This document shows, piece by piece, positions 28,001 through 40,000 of a stretch of DNA of 64,000 nt (its first letter is position 1; each line of letters begins with the position of its first letter). The position numbers and the translations under genes are program-made. Under the pieces are notes generated by a model. The model was not told where the DNA came from. It saw nothing but the letters and a program-made list of their open reading frames with translations, and made no database searches. This stretch comes from Octopus sinensis (taxonomy: Eukaryota): the NCBI RefSeq assembly GCF_006345805.1, contig NC_043002.1, positions 19,530,001 to 19,594,000 of the forward strand, written 5' to 3'.

Positions 28001-31000
28001 TAAAATTGAGATACAAGCGAACCATGTCAATATATGCAAATGATGTCACCTAATAGTATTAGATATAGGAAATCATAGTGGTCTGCACTGTTTTGGAAGC
28101 GTACCAAAAGATAAAGGAAGCACACATTAGCCAAAATAGGGCAATATGCATACCTCTAAGAAGAAGGTAAGAGCAGAGGGAAAGGTATTGACTTCCAGTG
28201 AATTTTATGAGGTGGATGAATGAGGAAATTAACTATGTAGCAGCTACAGATTGCTGTCAAGAAATGGGAGAAAGCAGTTGCCTTTTTGTGTCAAGATAAT
28301 TCAGGGTTGTCTGTGGATTACCCTTATACAATGTTGTTAACCTCACATTTTAGACTTTCTTGTTTTATTTTTACGGAGATGTACTTGCATAGTGAGTGAC
28401 TTGATCTGAGATCGTGTGCTGGAACGAAAACAATTGCAGCGTGGAAGGTGTTTATAAGCCATTTAAGAAACACACAAAACCGTTAGATTCACTTCAACAT
28501 TTAAATTTAATTTGTCAAAATATTTCGGTCGTGGTCTCAAAGTGACGAAAATATTTTGACAAATTAAATTTAAATGTTGAAGTGAATCTAACGGTTTTGT
28601 GTGTTTCTTAAATGGCTTATAAACACCTTCCATGCTGCAATTGTTGTTTTATTTTGTTATTTCTATTTATTGTTAAATCTGTCCAAGTTCATGTTATTAT
28701 TATGGCTAATCTCACCTTTATTTCATGTAAATCTAACACTATCTCTTGTGTGTTTCCTTTCGTATTTTACCTTTGTATTGTCCCCAGGGTATTGGAATCT
28801 AGTAGCCAATAAAATCATCATCATCATTACCTTAAGAGTTTTGGTTAGGTTGGTGGATATAGCATTGGGTGCAGTGAAAACCCTCATTCCATTTTAGCAA
28901 GTTTTTTCTCTGCAATGACCTCTTATCTGTTGTTCTTCTACCTATTAAAAGAAATTATCATCATCATCATTGTTATTATTACTATTTTTTATTTCAGGTA
29001 AAACTTTTGTGGACTTCAAAATTATTCAAGCTAAGAATTTAGAATCAAAAGATAGAAATGGTAAGTAGAAAATGTCTGTTAAATATTATCATTAGTTAAT
29101 CAGTGTCAAAGTTTCAAAATTGTTTAAAGAAGTTTAGTTTAATTGAAGAATATTGAGAAAGATGTGAGATTTTCAAGTTGAACAAAATGAAATGTAACTG
29201 AAAAATAAATGCTTTATCATTGATGCCAGTATTGGTATCACTATCAACAACGAGAGAAACTTTACATTGTTGCTTGACTAGTTAGAAATAGCAGCCAAAT
29301 CCCTTTTAATCATATACCATGCCAATGGAATACTGGTAGAAAACACTGACAGGGTGGGTCAAGTCTGGACTGCTTTTCATTATCAGTGAACTTGATCAGG
29401 GTTAACCTAGGACTAAATAATAATACCAGCTACAGTTTTTACTTCAACATGCCAACAATGATGTCTCTATGTGGTCATTTAAGCTGCTAAAGTTAGCAGC
29501 CATATCTCCATCAACTCACATCCTACCATCTTTAGAAAAAGAGTGTTAGGATGCATTTGATAGTCATTCTATATACACTGTATCTGGAAAGGGACAGGAT
29601 GATCATGGTTAGAATACTTTTGGTTATAGGTCAGCTCTCTTGGAACTAAACTCTTATAAAAGGAAATGTTGGGTAATGTAATACTTGATTCAACATGACT
29701 AGAAAAAAGATGGGATGGTCGTTAGTGGAATACCTTTGATCATCTGTCTACTTGATCAAGGTTAACTGACAAAGATATACAACAACTAAGGTACGAGTGC
29801 AAATAATAATACCAGCAGAAATCATCATCATCATCATTTAATGTCTGTTGTCCATGCTGGCATGAATTGGACGATTTGACTGGGCTGGCACGCTGGAAGG
29901 CTGCACCAGACTCCAGTCTGATTTGTCATGGTTTTCTACGGCTGGATGCCCTTCCTAATGCCAACCACTCTGAGAGTGTAATGGGTACTTTTATATACCA
30001 TCAGCACGGGTGCCATTTGTGTGACATTGGGATGCATTTACATGCCACCGTCACAGGTGCCAGTTTACATGACACTGGTATCTGCCACGACTGCAATTTT
30101 GCTTGGTTTGATGGGTCTTCTTCTCAAGCACAACATAATGCCAAAGGTCTTGGTCATTGCTTCTGTGAGGCCCAACACTTGAGAGGAACTCAGCCACTTT
30201 GCCTCCATCAGGCCCAGCACTCAAAAGACGTTCTTTACGTGCAACCAGCATGGATGTGTTTGACTTGATGGGTCCTCTCAAGCACAGCACATTGCCAAAA
30301 GTTTTGGGCACCAGTCATTGCCTCTGTGAGGCTCAAAGTTCAAAGATCATGCTTCACCACCTCGTCCCATGTCTTCCCGGGTCTACCTCTACAACAGGTT
30401 CCCTCCACAGTTAGAGATCAGCACTTCTTTACACAGCTGTCCTCATCCATGTACATTACATGACCAAAGATATATCTCAGAAAGTAATTGTGTCTGTTTA
30501 TCAAATACTATACAACTCACCTCAAGGTAGCTTCAACAACCACTAAAAGGAATCTTTCTGTGAAATCAATCTTTTTTTTTTTAACCAAATTATTTCAATT
30601 CAATTTTCCCTGGTATAAATACTAAAAATGTGTTTAAGGTTTTCACTAAGTTTCATTAGAGAAATCATATCCAATATTTGGTAATGGAAACTTCCGTTTC
30701 TAAGAGATTTTTCCTCAGAAATACGCTAATCAACAGAGCAACTTTTTAGACACTTTACCCATTCTTTTTCAATTTTCTAAAATTTACATCCAATTTGAAT
30801 TTCTTTCCCTGAGCACATGTTTTCTTCTTATCTTAGCATGAAAATGTAACCTGTTTCACTGATTCCTTTTTTTAGCTACTAGAGTGGTCTTTGCTATTAT
30901 GGACTTGATAATTATTCCTCTCTTTCCTTAATGCATTTACCTCTCACATTTTACTTACCTCTCAATATGCATGACCTTCCAACCTTTGTACTAAACTCAG

Positions 31001-34000
31001 TAACCAATCCTTCTATCCTCTCTTGAAATAAATCTCAATGGATCTCTATTTCTGTCCTCAGATCAAGGGAAGTATAATAAAATGTAACTTTATACTTCAG
31101 ATTAGCAAACTAGGACAAAAAGTAAAAAGCAATATAATCAAATGAAAGGAAACTAAATTTGTGTCCTAATATGTGTGTGTATATATTTATTTATATATAA
31201 TTAATCAAAAGAAAATGAAGTAAAAAACAAGGATGTGGTACATACAAAGTATTAAAAGATGCTCAGGGAAGGAAAGAAAGAGTGTTTTATGTTTCGAGCA
31301 AAGCTCTTCTTCAGAAGCAGGAAACAGAAGAAAGTCCAAGAGAAAAGGAAGACGGAGTAAAAAATTTGCCAACAATCCACCTGTAGTTACATTTTGTGTG
31401 TGGGTGTGAGTGTATGTGTGTATATATATATATATATATACATATTTATTTATTCATTAAAACCAAGATACGCCTTTAATTTCAGGATTCAGTGACCCAT
31501 TTTGTGAGGTGATGCTAGGTAAGAAGAAGCTATTCAAGACATCTGTGAAAAAGAAGACACTGTTCCCCATATGGAACGAGAGTGCCACATTAGAGTTACC
31601 TGATGACAATAATACAACTATTGAATTGGTGAGTTGCTTCACGCATATATTCATACATTTGTACTACTCTTTCACTCATATCTGTTTTGATCAAGGTTAC
31701 ACCTCTGCCCTATACTGATATATATATATATACTAGCAGTATCGCCCGGCGTTGCTCGGGTTTGTAAGGGAAATAACTATATAAGCATTTTTAGAGATGT
31801 AAAGTATAATAGCCATTTCAATATGGCTAACCACAAAGGGGAGGGGGTGTTAGGGTTAGGGTTAGCTTTTTATGTTCTGAGATTTAATAATAAATTTTTA
31901 GAGAGTTACTTCCCTTATATATGCCAAAAATGCATTAAAAATGCAGAAAAATTGATGGTAATTTTTTTTAAATGGTAGACTCATCGTAGACGTGTGCTAA
32001 TACCCAGAAGGGCTCGATATGAATCAGACTATAAGATACCTGGTTTTGGTTAAACTGCACCGCAAAATGTGGGAGTAGTTAGGAATCTAATTCGTAGGAG
32101 ACAGACAGCACACAACCTTACTTTTATATATAAAGATATCATCATCATCATCATCGTTTAACGTTCGCTTTCCATGCTAGCATGGGTTGGACGATTTTGA
32201 CTGAGGGCTGGCGAACCAGATGGCTGCACTAGGCTCCAATCTTGATTTGGCAGAGTTTCTACAGTTGGATGCCCTTCCTAACACCAAAGAGGATGCCCTT
32301 AGGTGGAGTATGGCCAAATAGTTAAGATTACTCAGCAACTGCAGGGTTCCAAATTCAGTCCTGCATTGCATCTTAAACACATGTCATTTTCTATAGCCTT
32401 GGGTTGACTCATACTGTGCTAGTGAATTTGGGTAGATGGAAACTGCACAGAACCCTGCCAGATGGATTGTAGTTGCATTTCATACATATACAATACCACA
32501 CTGATTCTGTTTGAGAATTATGCTAAGGATACATCTGCTTGTGGATTGCTCAGCCACTTACATGTTACTTCAAGAACTGGTAATTAAGTTGTCCAATTAA
32601 CTCATCCTTGAACAGCAGAGATCCATCACACACACACACACACACACACACAATGAAATTAGCATCAGAGATACTTTCTCCCCAGCAGTAACTACAGGTG
32701 TTCTTTAAGATGTTTGCCAGTTCTTTCTCTTACTGATGATCTAAATATCAGTGTTGTTGGGAACCCTCCTGCATCTCCATCAGGTACTTCACTGTCACAA
32801 GCATTTTGCCACTTTGTTGGTATGTAATGCCTTACTAGAACAACAAAGAATATATTAACCTTCGTCTCCAGATGAGTTCCACCTATTTTCTCTCTTCAGT
32901 CTCAATCACCTCAAACTGGCCTCAGCTGCTATGGCTATCAGTGGCTTTCTTTAGTTGTTTGAGTTGCAAGACAGTCTTTTTTGTAGAAATATTGCATTGA
33001 TTTCACTAGGAAACTTTGGAAGCCAATTTCAATGGGGAACGAGACTACAGGATATCCTATGAAACCTCATCAATCAAATAGTGGTATGTGGCTTTCTTTG
33101 GTCTAATCTGTCTGTTCAGGACACTGTGAGTTGGGTTTCTAAGATGGCTTTTGTGTTCCTAGATATAAGAACCATTTCAGGCTTATGCACACACACATGC
33201 TCATTCTCACTTACATATGTATACTTTTACATTCTGTTATTCATACATGTTCACATGCATTCACGCACATGTGCACATACTTTTACATATGCATCCCAAT
33301 ACATATGGAATTTTAAGCAAATGTACTTGCTCTCAAATGTTAACATTTTCTTTAACAAACATACATGTGCATACACACACATCAGCACATTTATAGTGAC
33401 ACATATGTTATTTAACATCTGTTCTCTTTCATTTATTCTTCAGGTTCTCTCCGACAAGGATCTGATATATGATGATTTCCTTGGGAATTTAACGTTAACT
33501 GTGAGCAAAATGAAAGAGATGTCCCTCAATGTTAGTATCTCTCTCTCTTTCTCTCTCTCCCTCTCTCTCTCCCTTTCTTCCTTTTTCTCTCCCCCTCTTT
33601 TCCCTTCTCTCTCTTCTCTCCCTTTCCCTCCTTACTCTCTACCCCACTCTTTCTCTGCTAAATGATATAATTGATCTGTTGCCTAGTTTAAATCCTTTTG
33701 ATATTAACCCACCTGAGACCACCTCTGGTTCTGGTACAAAACTGTCATTTTAAATTGTTCATATTTAGTTCAAACCTCAAATCATGATTATATGTAAGAC
33801 TCGGTCTGTTATGCCCCAAATATCAACTTAATAATGAAAAAGTTGGTTGCTTCACTAAATCCTTCTTAGTTCTTGATTATTTTCAAAATTAATTGAAACA
33901 CATAGTGTTTTACTCAGAATATGACTATGAAAAGGTTAACACCATCACCTGGCCCTTGGGTACTTTCAGTAGAATCCATTCTGTTATAAACATAGACAAG

Positions 34001-37000
34001 GGTTCTGTTTACTTCTTCCCAGTCTTCGAGACCCTGAAAATCAGGTCATGGGTGTTACCTCTTGCTACCCTTTGACAAATCCTAAACTCTTTCTTTACCT
34101 TGCTTCTTTTGAAACACACTACCTCTGTTTCAATTAATTCTGAAAATAATGAAGGATTTAGTAAAATTACTTTGTCATTATTATGCTGGTGTTTGGAACA
34201 GAAATTAACATGAAATGTTGAAGGAAGATTTTTATTACAATCACTTTAAAACATGAAGTTTGTGTCTCAGAACTAAGGTCAATCTCAGGTGGATCAGTAC
34301 CAAGAAGGTTATAAAAAATTTAAAGCAAAATAATAATAATAATAGTGAAATTATTGTATACAGTGCTCAGGTGCACCACAACTTGTCAAAACGTGCATAC
34401 AAAGTATATGCAGTAATGTACAAATGTCTGATAAGCGAATAGTGTATGAGTTAGATACATGCTTGCGTGTGTATGGAGGGGAGAAAATGAGGTGTAGTGT
34501 TGGCGAATCTCAGGAAGCATGGAAGTTTTGAAGGATGCAGTGCTCCAACAATTAACAACTGATGCCGACAGTCTGTTCCATGCTTCAGCCAAATGTTGTT
34601 GGCTAACTGATAACGTGGTCATAAGGTTTGTATAGCTATTGTGTTGTACAAATCATCAAGGTATGAGCTCAAATTCCCTTCTCATAACATGGAACCAAAT
34701 ATTTCATATCATTAATTTTAGAGCAAATTGTTCATCCATCATCATTTAGCATCCGTTTTCCATGCTAGCATGGGTTGGACGGTTCAACTGGGGTCTGTGA
34801 AGCCAGAAGGCTGCATCAGGCCCAGTCTGATCTGGCAGTGTTTCTACGGCTGGATGCCCTTCCTAATGCCAAGACAGAAAAAAATAATAGTTAGAATGCC
34901 AACTGAGCAATGAAGTTTGACCTATTAAACTAGATCTTTCTGTTTTTTGTTGGATTTGTTACAGGTTTAGTAGAGGTTTATTAAGACAAAAATTGTGTCC
35001 GTGTCTATATAACATCAACATCAACACATAATAGCTCTTCCAGTTATACTTGTTACATATGGCATCGTCCATTATGACACATAATACTATAATACATGGT
35101 ACTTCACTTGTGATATAACATTCACTATTCAGTATTTATCTACAGTAAATGAGCCAATAGGAGATCCTGCATGCAGTCATTTAATAGCTAAATCTTCCTC
35201 AAAATATGATTCCAACTTAAAACAGAAAGAGTATATAGGATAATGTGATTCTAGATGCACATTGCCTGAAAAAAAGGTTGAGGGTCTGGTGTGACCAGAC
35301 CGTCAACCTTTTTTTTTTTTTTTTGGAATGCCTTTGATCATAGGTTTTACCTCTTTCATCAAGATGGATCACTATACAATATGTACCTCATCTGAGGCAC
35401 AGCAATTATTTTCTTTCATTGACACAATAATATAGATTTAGTGCAAAGTTATATTTTTCTCAGCATTTTACAGACTGCCATTCACTACGTTTATAGTTCT
35501 ATTTTCTCAATATTTCACACAAACCTGGACTACATTATTTTACATGTCAAACTTTACATTAAATTTAATCTACCTTTATTATTAAAGTTCTATACTATTG
35601 TCTTTTTCCTTGCTGTTTCTTTTCTTTCTATTAATTTGGCATTTTTTCTTATTTCAGGGTCATCCTGAGTGGTTCCCCCTTACAAAATGTAAATCTGGTT
35701 CCTTACAGTTACAGTGTACAGTAACTTCTAAGGATACATTGGTATGTATATTTTGCTATGTATATAATTAAAGAGATAGGTTGAGGAATATAAAAACACA
35801 CTAGAAGCCTTTTCTTACTTTTTAATCTCATCTTCATAAGTGTTAGCCATAGTTGACTAAACTAATAAAGTGTTGGTTTACAAGACCAAAAACTGACATT
35901 TTAATCTGCTCATCTTCACAACAGTGTCCATGGTGAAGATTTTTTTTATTAATCCACAATAGACATTATGTTGCAGAACAGTTTACTGTTGTAAGCAGCA
36001 GGGGCACTGTATAACCTGCTGTGCCAAGTCTTAATTCTTTTGTTGGACTTGTCCTACATGCTCTATGAAAATGAAGTCATTAAGTGGTGTCTCTTCTATT
36101 ACACAAAGAGTTATCAGAACTTTTTGTCTCCATAAGTGCATGATATATCAGTCTATGGACCATTGAGGACTCGACCTGCTACATACAAGTCAGATATCTA
36201 CAAATTAATGCTCAGTAACCATCCTGCCTTAGAAAAAGACAAGACAGTCACTGCTGGAATATCTTTGATTATGAGTCTGTTCTGTCACAGCTGACATAGA
36301 ACCTATTAACATCATATATTTTATCAATGTCAAGTTAAGTTCTCAAATATTCATTTATTTCCCTGTCTTGCTAATAAGTTTTACAACACTCTTCTTATGT
36401 AAAATACATTAGATTAAGGACTTTTAAGATTTCAATCACTCTGAAACTCTTTGTATCTAATTAACGACCTCTCAACAACTGTCTGGTATTCTGTTAACTC
36501 ATAGTCTAGGTGGCTTTGAGGGCAGCTTACTGAAGTCCTTGTATTGATATTCAAATCTAAAGCCATATTCTCACAGATGCCATTTTGATGTACAACATAG
36601 AGAAAGCATATGGCTTTACTTTCATCAGTTAACAGGAAAGAACTAGAGTAACTATCTTTGCTTCACTGTCAGATGTTTGGGGTTAAAATTGCATAGGATT
36701 ATCATCTGGCTGTAAAATAAGATTGTTTTGAAGATGTTTTAAAAAGTATTAGAAATGTTGAACATGTAAATATCCAAATTTACAGACATATTTGACAGAA
36801 ACTATTCTTTTACTAGTTTCATTCATCAGACAGTGGCTGTACTGTAGATTCAATTTAAAGGGTTTTATTCAAATATACCAACCCTAGTGCTATTGACTTC
36901 TAATTATCGAATTGGCTTAGTTCGTCTGACTTATATCTAAATAACGAGTTACTTCCCTTCCACAGATATAAATACTCTATTTAATGGTATAAAGGTCACA

Positions 37001-40000
37001 TGGATATATTAGATGTACCCTGATTTCAGTAGTGAATTTTCAGGAAAAGATTTGTTTATGCATTAAGTATAAAGCACAAAGAACCTGGAGTGATGTTATT
37101 GAGGCATACTTTTGGAAAAGAAACAGTATGCCATCAAATATAGTACTGCACACACTCAGACACACACACACACACACTCTATGATCCCCTGCACAATTTC
37201 CATCAGCCAAATTTTACTCACAGGACATTGGTAAACCCCAAGCTGTGGTGGAAAATATTTATTTAAGGAGCAGTGTGGTGGGTTTAAACACGAAACCACA
37301 TGACTGCAAAATAAGCTTCCTAGTCAAGCAACCTGCACCCTTATTTTAATTTTCTTTTTTACTTTTTGTGTGAGTTTTTTGGGCTTGTATAAAAGAAATG
37401 CTGTGTATGGGATAAAGAGAATTTTCTTCTAATTTAATATTGTCTTGGCTTTTATTCGTGTTATTTTTGAAGGAGAATGGTAAAGCAGAAAATGTATCCT
37501 CTGAAGAATTAAACCATGATGTCTCAAAATCAAAGACCACCAAATCACCAACACAATCATCTTTAGTAAGTGTTTAAATTTATTTTCTTCTATTTTACTT
37601 CATTTTGTTTTTGAACTCTCCTTTTATTAGCTCCCTTATTGTTGTCTTGTTTACAGTATTTTATCATTTAATTATGTTTACAGTATTTTATCATTTAATT
37701 ATGTTTACAGTATTTTATCATTTAATTAACACTGGAATGTTGGCCGGGCAAAATGCTTAGCAGCATTTCACCCGTCTTTATGTTCTGAGTTCAAATTGCA
37801 CTGAAGTTGACTTTGCCTTTCATCCTTTCCTTTTGGAGTCGATAAAATAAGTACCAGTTGAACACTACGGTCAATGTAATCAACTAGTCCCCACCTCCCC
37901 CGAAATTGCTGGCCTTGTGCCAAAATTTGAAACTAACATTTCATTATTTAACTAGTTATTAATTATTTTTCACTTCTTTTATTACCTTGAATTTCATTTA
38001 AATCTTTATCAGTTATTTTATTGTCGTCATTTATTTGCAAGTACACTGCAGAGTTTTTTGTATCATTAATGCTATTTCCCTCTTTCCTGTATTCTTTTGC
38101 CTTGAAGCATCCTATGATCCTTGCTTTGAGTGCTTTCAAGTCAAAATATAAACTGAAGAAGTCTTTGAGACATTGGGAAAATGAGGAAGAAATGATACTA
38201 TTGTTTTTAATGTTTTATTTAACTTCGAAATTTTTTTTTTTTATAATTGAAATCTTTTAGTCTATTTATTTTAAAATTTTGCACTCTTTTCTGCTCTAAT
38301 TTTCACAGCAAGAAGAATCATCATATGGCCGAAGTTCATCAGACACACATATTGCTTCTCCAGGAAGTTCGAGGTCTGTCTTAAAATCTAACAACCACCT
38401 CAATAGGAAAACTTCCCTAACCCGTACTGTTTCACATAACTTTCTAAGGCAACAGAATGCAAGATGGTCCCTGCTTGGTTCCTCTATAGTCAATTTCCGC
38501 AAGGCTAGCACCACGCTGCAGCCATCGGCATCGTGAGTAACAGAACAATAGCACCTCACCATCTAGAGGAAATATATATATGTACATATATATATATATA
38601 TATATTAAGGGAAAAAAAATCTATAGAACTCACAGCACATTAACTGTTGCAAGATACACTGTCACCCTTACTACTAATACTGTTTCTAGCACAACTGTTA
38701 TCTCTGTTATTACTAATACTACTTCTACTATTCAACTAATCTGGTCTGGTTTGGCTTGAATTAGTAACATAGTTTCTCTTGAGCTTCAGATCTGTGTGTG
38801 CACCTTCAAATACTCACAGAAGCATGTACATACTCAGACTAAAACATAAAAAACACACTCATGCACTCACATGCAGACCATCGCATACATACACTTACTT
38901 GTGTGCACATGCACTCACACGTGTACTCAGTCATGTACACACATAGATACATACACACAGACATTCACATATATATGTGCACTCATTATGTACACATGCA
39001 TTCACTTACACATGCTCTCACTTGCGTGCATACATGCACATACTCATGTACATATACGTTCTCTTGTCTACACATGCTATCACTTGCATACACATGCATT
39101 CATTCTCATGCACGTATTCATTTATCATTTTACATTCCAAGTTCAAATCCTGCCGGGGTCAACTTTGTCTTTCCTTGATCGCTCTGTCTTTTATTTAGAC
39201 AGGATTACATTATCCAATGTGTCCTTCCTTTCCTAAGATAGTAGACTGTAATTCAAGGAGATTTTACTGCTATTTCTAGCAGTTTAAGTGAATGCATAGG
39301 GGATTCTTCATTGGATTATGGTACTTATTTTATGAATTGTGGAGAGACGAAGATCAAAGTTGATCCCAGTGAAATTTGAACATAGAGCATGAAGGAGTGA
39401 CTAAATATTGTAAGGCATTAGTCCAGTGTTCTGCTGACTCTAATAATAATAATAACAAAAATCAAACAATCAAAAATTATTACATTTAAAGATAGCTTGC
39501 CTGGTAGTATTCTAGTGCCTATTGGTTAATGACTGATGCATGATAAACTTATCCCTCACCCTGTTGCTTCTATCACAGTTATATTTCTTTTTATCATGAT
39601 ACACTTACAGATTTGTAGATTTTCATTATCATTAAAAGCTCATCATTTCACAAATCAGAAAAATTCTTTGATATTATGCTTAACTCTGGTTTCTTACCTA
39701 TTGGTTAAAGAGTGGGAAAGGGCTACAAAAATTATAGGTACTTACCCCAACCCTTCTGGAAAATCTAATAATAAAAATATACCCCCGACCCTTCTGGAAA
39801 CTGTAATGATGAAAATTAAAAAGGTGAGAAAAATATTCCCTAAATAAGACTCGTCTTTTGCAAATAACATTGCTAGAGTCTTGATAATTATGTTGAACCT
39901 GGCCAAAGGGAACAACCTGCTGCTGCTAGAATTTTGGATTTAGGGTCTGAAGTAGGATAAACTTGCAAGGTGATTCAGTAAGATATTTGCTTTTGCGGTC

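Noticed and set aside
33081-33665. Longest ORF in the track (194 aa)
   Set aside because: Chance read-through of CA/CT microsatellites around one real 87-nt exon.
38861-39236. His/Thr/Cys-rich overlapping ORFs
   Set aside because: Translation of degenerate CA/TA repeats.
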